62,841 bases of DNA from an uncultured archaeon (GTDB lineage: Archaea > Asgardarchaeota > Thorarchaeia > Thorarchaeales > Thorarchaeaceae), in assembly GCA_964610875.1 (NCBI GenBank), contig CAZSWP010000021.1, forward strand, positions 1-62,841, written 5' to 3'. The notes beneath the pieces were generated by a model. It ran no database searches, was not told the origin of the DNA, and saw only the letters and a list, made by a program, of their open reading frames with translations. This document shows positions 39,000-48,851 of this stretch, piece after piece; the first letter of the stretch is position 1; each line of letters opens with the position of its first letter. A program made the position numbers and the translations under genes.

Positions 39000-39127
39000 T
39001 ACCTTGGCTCCATTTGCGAGGGCGGTTCTGACCACCTATTAACTCTGTTTACCTGAACAGAGGATTTACAGTGTACACCGACAGTGTTATCTATTGCGTT
39101 CCTAAAGCGCAATTCGTAGTGAGAGTT

Positions 39128-40237
39128 GTGCTCGGTAAGAATGTTTTCAAAAAACGGATTGATCGTGTTATCGAATATGTGAATGAAACAAATACTGATT
39201 TCGCCCTACTGACTCCCTCACCAGGATACCAATACCTAACTGGATCTGCATATGAGATGCATGAGCGTCTTGTTGCACTGTTAATCCCAAAGGATGGCGC
39301 GCCAAGTTTGATAGTTCCAGCTTTTGAGAGATCTGACCACGAGAAGACAACATGGTTGACTAATATTCACACATGGACTGAAGAAGATGACCCCTATGAG
39401 CTATTAGCAGAGCTAATTGACCAAAGCAATGGCGATGTAAAAGCCCTCTTTGATTACCACATGCCTCTTGGTATCTATTGGTCGATAGAGAAGGCTGTTG
39501 GTGGTTTTAAGAACACATACTCGATTGCTCCTCTATTAACAGATATGCGTCTACGCAAATCATCAGAAGAAATTGCATTGATGATGAAGGCTGGAAGAAT
39601 AATACACGAATCTGTTCAAAAAGGGTTCTCACAGGCTCAAGCTGGTATCACTGAGAAGGAGTTGGCAAGTTCAGTTAGTGGAGAAGTAACAAGGCAAGGG
39701 GCAACTCCGACTTTCTTTGCAATCCAGTTTGGTGTAAATAGTGCGATGCCTCATCATCGTCCTGACAACACAGAACTGCAAAAGGGTGACATGGTTCTTA
39801 TGGATTGTGGATGCAGCGTTTCTGGTTATAACACAGATATGACGAGGGTAGGAGTCTTTGGTCAACCGAGTGATGAACAAGACCTAGTGTATCGAATTGT
39901 CTTGGATGCTCTAAAGACAGCTACTGAGAAAATCAAACCTGGTATGGCATGTGGCACTGCTGATGGAATAGCAAGACATGTTATCGAGGAATCAGGCTAT
40001 GGAGATTTCTTCACGCATCGATTAGGTCATGGTATTGGGCTTGAAGTCCATGAGCCTCCCTACATAGTAAGGGGTAATGCTCTCCAACTTGCGAAGGGCA
40101 TGACACATAGTATTGAACCAGGCATATACCTTGAAGGAAAATTTGGAGTCAGAATTGAGGACCTTGTAGGCATTACAGATGATGGAGTAGAACTGCTAAC
40201 ATTCATGCCACATGATTTGATAGAGATGGATGCTTAA
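39128..40237 (+). CDS. Xaa-Pro dipeptidase/aminopeptidase (M24B); start uncertain (39071-39128)
   Basis: DCGC..GYNTDMTR, HRLGHGIGLEVHE, SIEPGIY, GVRIED. Confidence 0.92.
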   Translation: MLGKNVFKKRIDRVIEYVNETNTDFALLTPSPGYQYLTGSAYEMHERLVALLIPKDGAPSLIVPAFERSDHEKTTWLTNIHTWTEEDDPYELLAELIDQSNGDVKALFDYHMPLGIYWSIEKAVGGFKNTYSIAPLLTDMRLRKSSEEIALMMKAGRIIHESVQKGFSQAQAGITEKELASSVSGEVTRQGATPTFFAIQFGVNSAMPHHRPDNTELQKGDMVLMDCGCSVSGYNTDMTRVGVFGQPSDEQDLVYRIVLDALKTATEKIKPGMACGTADGIARHVIEESGYGDFFTHRLGHGIGLEVHEPPYIVRGNALQLAKGMTHSIEPGIYLEGKFGVRIEDLVGITDDGVELLTFMPHDLIEMDA

Positions 40238-40243
40238 GACATT

Positions 40244-40882
40244 TCAATCTGTTTCTTTCTCTTCAGACTTTTCGTCATTCTCACTAGTTGGCTCACTTTC
40301 TGAGTCTTTCTTTGCCATGATCTCATCGAGCTTCTTTCTATCTTCTTCGGACATGCTTTTCATTGCTTCAGCTGATTGTTTTAGCAGCTGTGTAAAGATT
40401 AGAGAGTACAAAGCTGGGAGTGCTGAATATGTTTCCATCCTCTCTTGATATTCTTGTTCTGCTAGGTCTCTTGCTTCTTTTAGTGCCTCCTTTGAAATTT
40501 CTCCCTGACCTATTCCAGGACACTCTTTATCCGTCAGGAAAAATTTTTCCCCATTGTATTCTAGTGGATATGTTCTGCAAGAGATTGGCCGTGCAAATCG
40601 AATATGGCATCCATTTGATTCTTCATGATAGAAGATACAAGCAGTTTGCTCAGGGTCGGATTCCAGAGGTTTTCGGAGTGTTTCAAGTACAAAAGGCTCA
40701 GTTTCAGATTCTGGCATTATCAACCCGAGTCCGTTGATAGCATGTTGAAGATGATTCTGAGCTGTCCAACGTGACAAATCACCAATAGTGACATTCACAC
40801 TCGGTCTTACATGACATGCTTTTGTTGTGCACTTTTGTTCTAAGCATTCGAAACTATACTTCTGTTTTTCACTCATTCTCAT
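40244..40882 (-). CDS. YkgJ-family Cys-cluster (putative Fe/Zn-chelating) protein
   Basis: FEC..C..CH, ACIFY, CHIRFARPISCRTYP, CPGIG. Confidence 0.8.
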   Translation of the reverse strand: MRMSEKQKYSFECLEQKCTTKACHVRPSVNVTIGDLSRWTAQNHLQHAINGLGLIMPESETEPFVLETLRKPLESDPEQTACIFYHEESNGCHIRFARPISCRTYPLEYNGEKFFLTDKECPGIGQGEISKEALKEARDLAEQEYQERMETYSALPALYSLIFTQLLKQSAEAMKSMSEEDRKKLDEIMAKKDSESEPTSENDEKSEEKETD

Positions 40883-41043
40883 AACCTCTAATTGCTGAGA
40901 AGCACATGTGCATCTTAAACTTAATATTTTCGTTTGAAATTTACAGATTACACACGCCGAAAGGTATTTGTCTATTCACACTTGGCGAAGTATAGCAATT
41001 CGACCTAGATTTTCGCCAAAAATCTGGCCCCGGAGCGCGTAAA

Positions 41044-43881
41044 ATGGAACTACACTGGTATAGCAACGACATCGACTATGTATACAAGACCTTGAACACA
41101 TCCGAAGAAGGTCTCAGTACAAAGGAAGCCCAAAAGCGCCTTGATGAATACGGTTACAATGAACTAACAGAAACTGGTGGTATATCTCCACTCCGTATGT
41201 TTCTTAATCAATTCATGGACCCAATGGTCATTATTCTGTTAATTGCTATTATTATATCACTGGCCACATCAATGCTACCTGGCTCTCATGAAGAAGGGGG
41301 CCTTATCGATGCAATTGTAATTACCGCGATTGTGATTTTCAATTCTATCTTTGGCTTCGTTCAAGAATACAAGTCTGAAAAAGCTCTGGAAGCACTAAAA
41401 GAAATGGCTGCCCCCAAAGCCACAGTTATGAGGGACGGTCGTTGGTGCGTAATGGAATCTCGTGAAATTGTCCCTGGCGATGTAGTATCTCTGGAAAGTG
41501 GTGATATGATTCCAGCTGATGGACGTGTCACTTATGCTGTTGGACTCTCTGTTGATGAAGCAGTATTAACAGGCGAGTCACAATCAGTTCGTAAAGTCAA
41601 GGATACAATCCATCTAAACCGTCCTATTATTGGCGATATGAAGAACATGGTATTCCAAGGGACGACAATCACTGCTGGAAAGGGTCGGGCGATTGTGACC
41701 TCCACGGGAATGAAGACTGAGTTTGGGAAGATTGCAGAGATGGTCCAAGAAGGTGAAAAAGATATGACACCTCTCCAATTGGATCTGGATGATCTTGGTA
41801 AGAAACTTGGTGCTTTAATAATTGCAATGTGTATCATTGTGTTTGCTGCTGAGATTATCAGAGATGTTTCTGATAGTCTTATTGAAGAACTAATGGCAGC
41901 AATAGCTCTCGCAGTTTCTGCAATTCCAGAGGGTCTACCCGCAGTAGTCACGATAACTTTAGCCATTGGTGTACAACGGATGGTTCAAGAGAATGCAATT
42001 GTCCGACGATTACCCTCTGTTGAAACACTTGGTTCAACCACAGTCATTTGCTCTGATAAGACGGGCACAATTACAAAGAACGAAATGACTGTCAAAGTTC
42101 TCTATACTGATAGAAAAGAAATCGAAGTTACCGGTGTCGGATACAAACGGGAAGGTCATTTCTTACATGATGGAAAAGCGATTGATGTTCTCAATGATCC
42201 ACATGCCCGTAGATTATTCCAAACAGGTCAGCTATGCTGCAATACCTTACTTCAGGAATCGGAAACAGATACTGCGGATTTTGCTGTTGTAGGAGACCCC
42301 ACTGAGGGTGCTTTACTTGTGCTTGCAGAGAAGGCAGGAATAAGTCATGAAGACACCCTAAGAGAATTCCAGGAGATAACTGAGATCTCTTTTGATTCCG
42401 CACGGAAAAGAATGACTGCAATAACAAAGGACCCTGATGATGAATTAATTGCTTATAGCAAAGGAGCACCTGAAATCTTACTTCCCCTTTGTACAAAGAT
42501 CTTTGAAGATGGCGAGATCAAACCCCTTTCTGATGAACGGAAGAAAGAGATACTTGATATCAATGCAGATTTTGCTCAGAAAGCACTGAGAACTCTAGCA
42601 ATGGCTTATCGCCTCCTTGAATCTGAGATTCCTGATTGGGAACCAGAAAAAGTTGAGAAAGAGCTAATCTTCATTGGTCTTGTTGGTATGATTGATCCCC
42701 CTCGCAGAGAAGTTGAGAAGGCTATCCAAGTATGTAAGGATGCAGGAATTCGTCCCATTATGATCACAGGCGACCATAAATTGACTGCAAAAGCAATTGC
42801 AGTTGATGTAGGTCTTGTTGATGCTAATTGCGAGGTATTAACAGGGAAAGAAATAGATGATATGAACGATGCTGAATTTGAATTAGCAGTTCAAAATTGT
42901 AGTGTATTTGCACGTGTTGCTCCAGAACATAAGCTTCGAATAGTGAGTGTTTTGAAAGCTCAGAATCAAGTTGTCGCTATGACTGGAGATGGGGTCAATG
43001 ACGCACCAGCTATCAAATCCGCTGACGTAGGAATTTCAATGGGTATACGTGGGGCAGATGTCACAAAAGAAGCATCTGATGTAATTCTCACAGATGACAA
43101 TTTTGCCACAATTGTATCTGCTGTTGAGAAAGGTAGGGAGATTTATTCCAATATTAGAAAATTTGTAAGGTTCCTGCTAGCTGCTAACTTTGATGAAGTC
43201 TTCCTTGTCTTTACAGTAATTATGTTGGGACTTCCACTTCCAATTACTGCAATTCAGATTCTCTGGTTAAACTTAGCTACCGATGGATTTCCTGCATTAG
43301 CACTTGGTATAGATCCTCCTGAAGAAGGTGTGATGGACCGTCCACCTCGCAGACCTGGAGCTAAGATGATGGACCGTGGGATGATCACATTCATCCTTGT
43401 GGCTGGATTCGTCGCATTCTTGGCTTCTGTGACTGTCTTCATGGTTTCAATGAATACCTATGGTGGACATATCCCAGGAATTACTGGTCCTGCTCTAACA
43501 GATGTTGAATGGAGAAGTGCAATAGCTCCAACAGGTGTTGCATGGCAAGATGTACTCAAACATGCACGAACAACCGTCTTCGCGAGTGTTGTATCATTTG
43601 AGTTGCTCTTTGTCTGGAATTGCAGGGATGAATATCATCCAGTATGGAGGACAAAAGTGAGAAAATCAGGATATTTGATTGGTGCCGTATTTCTCTCCAT
43701 TGTTTTGACATTGGCTACTATCTACGTGCCTTTCATGCAACCACTCTTTGAAACGATGCCTCTAAATCCACAAGATTGGGTGATTATTATATTGACATCA
43801 CTACCAGCATTATTGATTCCACCACACATCATATTTGGCCATCACAAAGAGGACCGCCTTCGAGTAGAGGAAGTAGATTAG
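41044..43881 (+). CDS. P-type cation-transporting ATPase, type IIA (Ca2+/Mn2+-like)
   Basis: TGES, IPEGLP, CSDKTGT, KGAPE, TGD, GDGVNDAPA, QILWLNLATDGFP. Confidence 0.95.
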   Translation: MELHWYSNDIDYVYKTLNTSEEGLSTKEAQKRLDEYGYNELTETGGISPLRMFLNQFMDPMVIILLIAIIISLATSMLPGSHEEGGLIDAIVITAIVIFNSIFGFVQEYKSEKALEALKEMAAPKATVMRDGRWCVMESREIVPGDVVSLESGDMIPADGRVTYAVGLSVDEAVLTGESQSVRKVKDTIHLNRPIIGDMKNMVFQGTTITAGKGRAIVTSTGMKTEFGKIAEMVQEGEKDMTPLQLDLDDLGKKLGALIIAMCIIVFAAEIIRDVSDSLIEELMAAIALAVSAIPEGLPAVVTITLAIGVQRMVQENAIVRRLPSVETLGSTTVICSDKTGTITKNEMTVKVLYTDRKEIEVTGVGYKREGHFLHDGKAIDVLNDPHARRLFQTGQLCCNTLLQESETDTADFAVVGDPTEGALLVLAEKAGISHEDTLREFQEITEISFDSARKRMTAITKDPDDELIAYSKGAPEILLPLCTKIFEDGEIKPLSDERKKEILDINADFAQKALRTLAMAYRLLESEIPDWEPEKVEKELIFIGLVGMIDPPRREVEKAIQVCKDAGIRPIMITGDHKLTAKAIAVDVGLVDANCEVLTGKEIDDMNDAEFELAVQNCSVFARVAPEHKLRIVSVLKAQNQVVAMTGDGVNDAPAIKSADVGISMGIRGADVTKEASDVILTDDNFATIVSAVEKGREIYSNIRKFVRFLLAANFDEVFLVFTVIMLGLPLPITAIQILWLNLATDGFPALALGIDPPEEGVMDRPPRRPGAKMMDRGMITFILVAGFVAFLASVTVFMVSMNTYGGHIPGITGPALTDVEWRSAIAPTGVAWQDVLKHARTTVFASVVSFELLFVWNCRDEYHPVWRTKVRKSGYLIGAVFLSIVLTLATIYVPFMQPLFETMPLNPQDWVIIILTSLPALLIPPHIIFGHHKEDRLRVEEVD

Positions 43882-44720
43882 GTGGGCATACGTTTTTCGA
43901 GCCAGTTCTCCATATCCTGGAGGACTTGCTCTTTCTCTGGTTCATTGAACACTTCGTGATATAGGTCCTCATAATAGAGCCATGTCTTATCTGGAGATCC
44001 CAGATTCTCAAAGAATTCTTTATTCTTATCTGCGACAACTATTTTATCCTGTCCTGCCTGTTGCACGAGAGTTGGAATTTTGATGAGGGGTGATGCTCTG
44101 AATGCCTTATCAAGAGCACTTAATCCCTCGGCACCAAATCGAGGTGTAACCAATTCATACCTTAGCTCGTCCTCTTTATGTTTCTTCACAACATCCGGGT
44201 CTCTTGAAAGATATTCTAGTGTGACTCCGTTGGATATCATTTTCTTGACATTTAGAAATGATAGAAACTTTGCTAGTATTCTAGTTGCAGTACCTATTGG
44301 CAGCTGTTGTGATACTGCGGGACCTGAGAGTATAATACCATCAACTTCTTTTGGATAGTTCATGATGTAGTTAACAATCCATTGGCCTCCTAATGAATGT
44401 CCATGGACAAAAGTCAGTTTATTCAGATATCTGTCCTTGATTTGCATCACAATGTTGTGAATATCCTCAACATATTCATCAAATCGCATAACATGTCCTT
44501 TCAGTCCTTCATAGTGACCGAAACCTCTCATGTCTGGGGCAAATACTGCAAAACCTCTTTCTGCAAAGTACTCTCCAATACTGTGATGCGCTCTTCCATG
44601 GGAACCAAGACCATGCAGAGTGAGAAGTAATGCACGTGGCTTGTCATCTTCAGGCAACCACGCATTCATGTGCATTCTAACACCATCGTATCCAACATAG
44701 TGACTCTCTTCAAACTTCAT
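43878..44720 (-). CDS. Alpha/beta hydrolase (lysophospholipase/monoacylglycerol lipase-like)
   Basis: HGLGSH, DMRGFG, GHSLGG, QDKIV, YHEVFNE. Confidence 0.9.
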   Translation of the reverse strand: MKFEESHYVGYDGVRMHMNAWLPEDDKPRALLLTLHGLGSHGRAHHSIGEYFAERGFAVFAPDMRGFGHYEGLKGHVMRFDEYVEDIHNIVMQIKDRYLNKLTFVHGHSLGGQWIVNYIMNYPKEVDGIILSGPAVSQQLPIGTATRILAKFLSFLNVKKMISNGVTLEYLSRDPDVVKKHKEDELRYELVTPRFGAEGLSALDKAFRASPLIKIPTLVQQAGQDKIVVADKNKEFFENLGSPDKTWLYYEDLYHEVFNEPEKEQVLQDMENWLEKRMPT

Positions 44721-44785
44721 TTCTCACACAATAGTACCAACTATGAAATTCTGTATTAATGTATTGAATAGGTGCTACATTTTGG

Positions 44786-44834
44786 AAAAGAAAGAAAAAG
44801 GGATGGAGATGACCTTGAAAGACAATCTCCTATC
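44786..44834 (-). terminator. Hairpin plus U-tract after hbd
   Basis: GGAGAT 44805-44810 / ATCTCC 44825-44830, followed on the minus strand by a T-rich run. Confidence 0.55.
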
Positions 44835-44840
44835 TATCCA

Positions 44841-45722
44841 CTAGAATCTCATTGGTTTTGGTTCATCACCGGAATAGTCGTAGAAACCTTTTCCTGCTTT
44901 ACGACCAACCCACCCTGCACGTACCATCTTTCTCAATAATGCTGGAGCCCTATATTTGCTATCCTTGAACTCCTCAACAAAATAATCTGCGATGTAGAGT
45001 AATGTATCAAGACCTACAAAGTCAGCTAATGTCAGCGGTCCCATTGGCCAGTTCAGTCCTAACTTGATGGCAAGATCCATGTCCTCGACAGTAGCCACTC
45101 CTTCCTGAATGGCAAAGATGGCCTCATTGATCGCTGGAACTAGTAATCTGTTCACAGCAAAACCTGGTGCTTCATTTACAAGGACAGTTTTCTTTCCTAC
45201 CTTCTGAGAGACCTCTTCAATGACTTTCACTGTTGTGTCATCTGTTGCTTGTCCTTTAATGATCTCAACGAGTCCCATCACTGGAACTGGGTTGAAGAAA
45301 TGCATACCTATGAACTTTTTAGGTCTCTTGGTGACAGCTGCCATCTGAGTGATACTGATGCTTGAAGTATTCGAAGCAAGAATGGCATGTTCTGGTGCTG
45401 CTTCATCCACATCCTTCCATGTGTCAAGCTTGAGCTGGACAATCTCTGGGATAGCTTCGATTACAAGGTCTGCATCTTTTACAGCTTCTTTCAGATCGAG
45501 CACTCCAGTGATGCGATCCAGAATCTCATCGACTTCCTCTTGAGTTATTCTGCCTTTCTTTATGCCTCTCTCCAGATTTTTCTTGATTGTGTCCATTCCT
45601 TTGTCAATGAATTTCTGGTCAATATCTCTCATATAAACATCATATCCCGCCTGTGCACAGACATGAGCAATACCATTGCCCATCTGTCCTGCTCCTAGGA
45701 CGGTAATTTTCTTGATTTCCAT
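44841..45722 (-). CDS. hbd: 3-hydroxybutyryl-CoA (3-hydroxyacyl-CoA) dehydrogenase
   Basis: LGAGQMGNGIA, EAIPE, SNTSS, GMHFFNPVPVM, PMGPLTLAD. Confidence 0.93.
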   Translation of the reverse strand: MEIKKITVLGAGQMGNGIAHVCAQAGYDVYMRDIDQKFIDKGMDTIKKNLERGIKKGRITQEEVDEILDRITGVLDLKEAVKDADLVIEAIPEIVQLKLDTWKDVDEAAPEHAILASNTSSISITQMAAVTKRPKKFIGMHFFNPVPVMGLVEIIKGQATDDTTVKVIEEVSQKVGKKTVLVNEAPGFAVNRLLVPAINEAIFAIQEGVATVEDMDLAIKLGLNWPMGPLTLADFVGLDTLLYIADYFVEEFKDSKYRAPALLRKMVRAGWVGRKAGKGFYDYSGDEPKPMRF

Positions 45723-45953
45723 TGTAATACTCCTCAAATGTTCCTTCGGATGGTTTTAGTCGATTACTACCTTGTAAATATGTGTGTCGAAGGAACCGTT
45801 CAGAATGAAATTATGAGGTTTTGAGTCTGATTGAATTGCAGACTTCTCTTCAGAAATAAACTGACACACTTGAGCATAAGATTATCTGTTTACACATATG
45901 ACATGTATTGTGATTTTGTGGTGAGGATTCATCTATATGTATCATCCAGCTTC

Positions 45954-46005
45954 TTTATATACAAATATCGATAATGATATCTTTAGTGATATCGCAAAAG
46001 ATATT
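45954..46005 (+). promoter_or_regulatory. TATA box plus four-box operator array with 12-bp period
   Basis: TTTATATA 45954-45961, then AATATC 45964, GATATC 45976, GATATC 45988, GATATT 46000. Confidence 0.7.
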
Positions 46006-46037
46006 CACCGTAGATAAGAACAAAAGGTCGGAACAAT

Positions 46038-46802
46038 ATGGAACGCGGCATGAGGCAGAGGATTAAACGAGCAATAACTCGTTTCAAAAAGAAGGGCGCA
46101 TTGAGTGAAGAAACCGCCCTCCCCCTAAAGGAGTTGGGTCTCCCGACGATGTTGAAATACATCGTCAATTCTCCATTTGGGGAAAACCTTCCCTTTGTCC
46201 AAGTCGGAGACAGTTTCTATCTATCTGAAGAGAAACTTGCGAAAATTGGTGATTTCTCAAAACTATCTCCACAACGTGCATTACGTCCGTGGATAAAACA
46301 TACCTCACGTGTGCCAAGAGGATATCTGAGATATCAGGTTCTTGAAATGCTACGTGATGGTCCATTATCTGGATCTGAAATGACTACCAGAATCGAAGAA
46401 GAAACAGAGGGTCGATGGGTCCCTAGTCCGGGTTCATTATATCCCCTTCTAAAAAAGCTTCGAGAGGACAACATCATTGAAGAACTACCCTTGGAGGAGG
46501 GTATGAAACGATACAAGTTGACTGAGCTCGGCGAGCTACTCTTTGAGGATGAGATGAATGTAGGTGCAAGAATGCGTGAGCGATTTGAATCTGGGCCATT
46601 CACTATTCCTCTCTTCATTGAAATGACTGAGGAAATCAAACCTCTTAGAGATGAGTTTCGAGAGTTTTTCCATATTTCAATGGATTTAAGCGTTGAACTA
46701 TTAGAAAATCCCGATTCTGATGAAGTCAAAAATGTGGTCAAGATACTGAAGTCAGCAAGAAGCAAGTTGGAAAAAATATTAGACGGACTGATCTCGAAAT
46801 AA
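46038..46802 (+). CDS. PadR-family regulator with N-terminal extra domain
   Basis: PRGYLRYQVL, GSE, WVPSPGSLYPLL, KRYKLTELG. Confidence 0.88.
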   Translation: MERGMRQRIKRAITRFKKKGALSEETALPLKELGLPTMLKYIVNSPFGENLPFVQVGDSFYLSEEKLAKIGDFSKLSPQRALRPWIKHTSRVPRGYLRYQVLEMLRDGPLSGSEMTTRIEEETEGRWVPSPGSLYPLLKKLREDNIIEELPLEEGMKRYKLTELGELLFEDEMNVGARMRERFESGPFTIPLFIEMTEEIKPLRDEFREFFHISMDLSVELLENPDSDEVKNVVKILKSARSKLEKILDGLISK

Positions 46803-46837
46803 TCCATTGTACCGACCTCCTCTTTGGAGGTCACGAA

Positions 46838-47527
46838 ATGACTATAGTATTACAAGCAGAAAACCTAACGAAAACTTACCTGCTGGGACAAGTGCCTGTG
46901 AAGGCACTCCGAGGTGCAGACTTCACTGTGGAACAAGGTGAACTTGTCTCAATTCTTGGGCCATCGGGGAGTGGAAAATCAACACTACTCAACCTCATTG
47001 GTGCTCTAGATCGGCCCACAGATGGGGTTCTTCATATTGAAGGTATTGATGTTTCAGAGCTTTCAGATAACGAACTCGCTGAAGCACGTAAGAAAGTTGG
47101 CTTTGTATTTCAATTCTTCAATCTTATACCAAGACTGAATGCTCAAGATAACGTCGAGCTTCCATTAACAATTTCTGGTGTACCGCGAAGGGAGCGAAGG
47201 GCTCTATCTGAGCAGGCACTGGTCAGTGTGGGTCTAGGAGACAGGATGCATCACAAGTCTTCTGAATTAAGTGGTGGAGAACGTCAACGTGTGGCTGTTG
47301 CACGAGCTCTGGTTAATAATCCTACTTTTTTGTTAATGGATGAACCAACTGGGAACTTAGATTCACAAACAGCTCAAGAGATAATGGATTTAGTGATTAA
47401 ATTGAATGAAGAACGAAATGTCACGGTGATTATTGTGACTCATGATTCTGAAGTTGCTGCAAGAACGAAAAGGACTCTTCGCATGAAAGATGGTCTTGTT
47501 GTTTCAGATGAGGTGAATGGACATTGA
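46838..47527 (+). CDS. ABC transporter ATP-binding protein (LolD/MacB type)
   Basis: GPSGSGKST, LSGGERQRVAVARAL, DEPTGNLD, VTHD. Confidence 0.95.
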   Translation: MTIVLQAENLTKTYLLGQVPVKALRGADFTVEQGELVSILGPSGSGKSTLLNLIGALDRPTDGVLHIEGIDVSELSDNELAEARKKVGFVFQFFNLIPRLNAQDNVELPLTISGVPRRERRALSEQALVSVGLGDRMHHKSSELSGGERQRVAVARALVNNPTFLLMDEPTGNLDSQTAQEIMDLVIKLNEERNVTVIIVTHDSEVAARTKRTLRMKDGLVVSDEVNGH

Positions 47528-48795
47528 AAATACGTGATACGCTCTCTTATTCATTCGGTGCTATTAGACTGAGAAAAGTGCGTTCTGGGCTTACTACTCT
47601 TGGAATAGTGATCGGGATTGCTGCAATTGTTGCACTAATGTCTTTTACTGAGGGTTTTGAGGTTGCAATCACAGGTCAATTCCAAGAAGGGTTCTCAACC
47701 GATACTGTAACAGTATCAGCAGGGAGTGGTAGCGCATTTGGAGGATTTGGTGGAGAAACTGATAGCGATTTTGTACTTTATGCAAATGACACAGAACTGT
47801 TGAATGAGTTGGATGGTGTTACGGAATCTGCTGCTACATTAAGTAAGAGTGTCACAGTTGAATTCGAGAACTATGATAGGATATTATCGATGACCGGTGT
47901 AGATTTCCAACTGTATGCAGACCTCTATTCTACCTTCACAGCGGAAGTAGGAGAGATACCTGAGAATCCGTCTAATGAGTCTGCAGTCATTGGTTACAAT
48001 ATCTATGATCCCTATGGAAATGGAACTCTCTCTGTTGAAGTTGGAGATTCTCTAAATGTATATTATACAGTCCGTAATGGTACTGAATTAGTTCCAATCA
48101 ATATATCGGTCACTGTTGTCGGTGTCTTAGAAGAAATAGGCTCTTTTGGTTTCGGCCCTTCCGATTCTGGTATCTATATTCCCATTGAAACAGCAATTGA
48201 CTATTATGATACTGAAGAAGTTAGCCAGATAGTCGTTAAGTTGGAAAGTGATGATGATGCATTCATTGAACAGGTATCAGACGATATCGAAGAATTATTC
48301 CATAATGAAGTCACTGTCACCTCTCCATCAGCGATATTGGATACTTTATCATCAATTCTAGCCACTGTTGAACTTCTACTTGCAGGAATTGCTGGAATTT
48401 CACTCCTTGTTGCGGGCATTGGAATTATGAATATCATGATTGTATCCCTAATGGAACGTACTCGAGAGATTGGGATTTTGAAGGCACTTGGTGCAAAAGC
48501 TCATACTGTCCTTGCGGTATTCTTGGCTGAAGCGTTACTTATTGGTGTGATTGGTGGAAGTCTGGGTATTATGGTTGGAATACTCTTGGCTAATCTCTTT
48601 TCAGGAGGTCTGGGTGGATTTGGTGGCATGCCTGTAATAACCAATTCTACTTCTATGATGATTGCTCCTGTCGTGACACCTACTCTTGCAATAGAGGCTC
48701 TCTTTTTTGGTATTATCGTGAGTGTGATATTCGCACTGTATCCAGCATGGCGTGCTTCGAAATTGACTCCTGTTGATGCATTGAGACATGAATAG
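47524..48795 (+). CDS. ABC transporter permease (MacB/FtsX type)
   Basis: RSGLTTLGIVIGIA, extracellular domain, GIMNIMIVSLMERTREIGILKALGA, YPAWRASKL.PVDALRHE. Confidence 0.95.
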   Translation: MKIRDTLSYSFGAIRLRKVRSGLTTLGIVIGIAAIVALMSFTEGFEVAITGQFQEGFSTDTVTVSAGSGSAFGGFGGETDSDFVLYANDTELLNELDGVTESAATLSKSVTVEFENYDRILSMTGVDFQLYADLYSTFTAEVGEIPENPSNESAVIGYNIYDPYGNGTLSVEVGDSLNVYYTVRNGTELVPINISVTVVGVLEEIGSFGFGPSDSGIYIPIETAIDYYDTEEVSQIVVKLESDDDAFIEQVSDDIEELFHNEVTVTSPSAILDTLSSILATVELLLAGIAGISLLVAGIGIMNIMIVSLMERTREIGILKALGAKAHTVLAVFLAEALLIGVIGGSLGIMVGILLANLFSGGLGGFGGMPVITNSTSMMIAPVVTPTLAIEALFFGIIVSVIFALYPAWRASKLTPVDALRHE

Positions 48796-48805
48796 ACTCG
48801 CTCCT

Positions 48806-48850
48806 ACCCACACCTCACATCGAGGCGTGGGTGCATTCTTTTTTCTCTCT
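48806..48850. terminator. 11-bp hairpin (possibly bidirectional terminator)
   Basis: ACCCACACCTC 48806-48816 / GAGGCGTGGGT 48822-48832, followed by a T-tract on +; the single A.C mismatch is G.U on the minus strand. Confidence 0.65.
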
Positions 48851-48851
48851 A

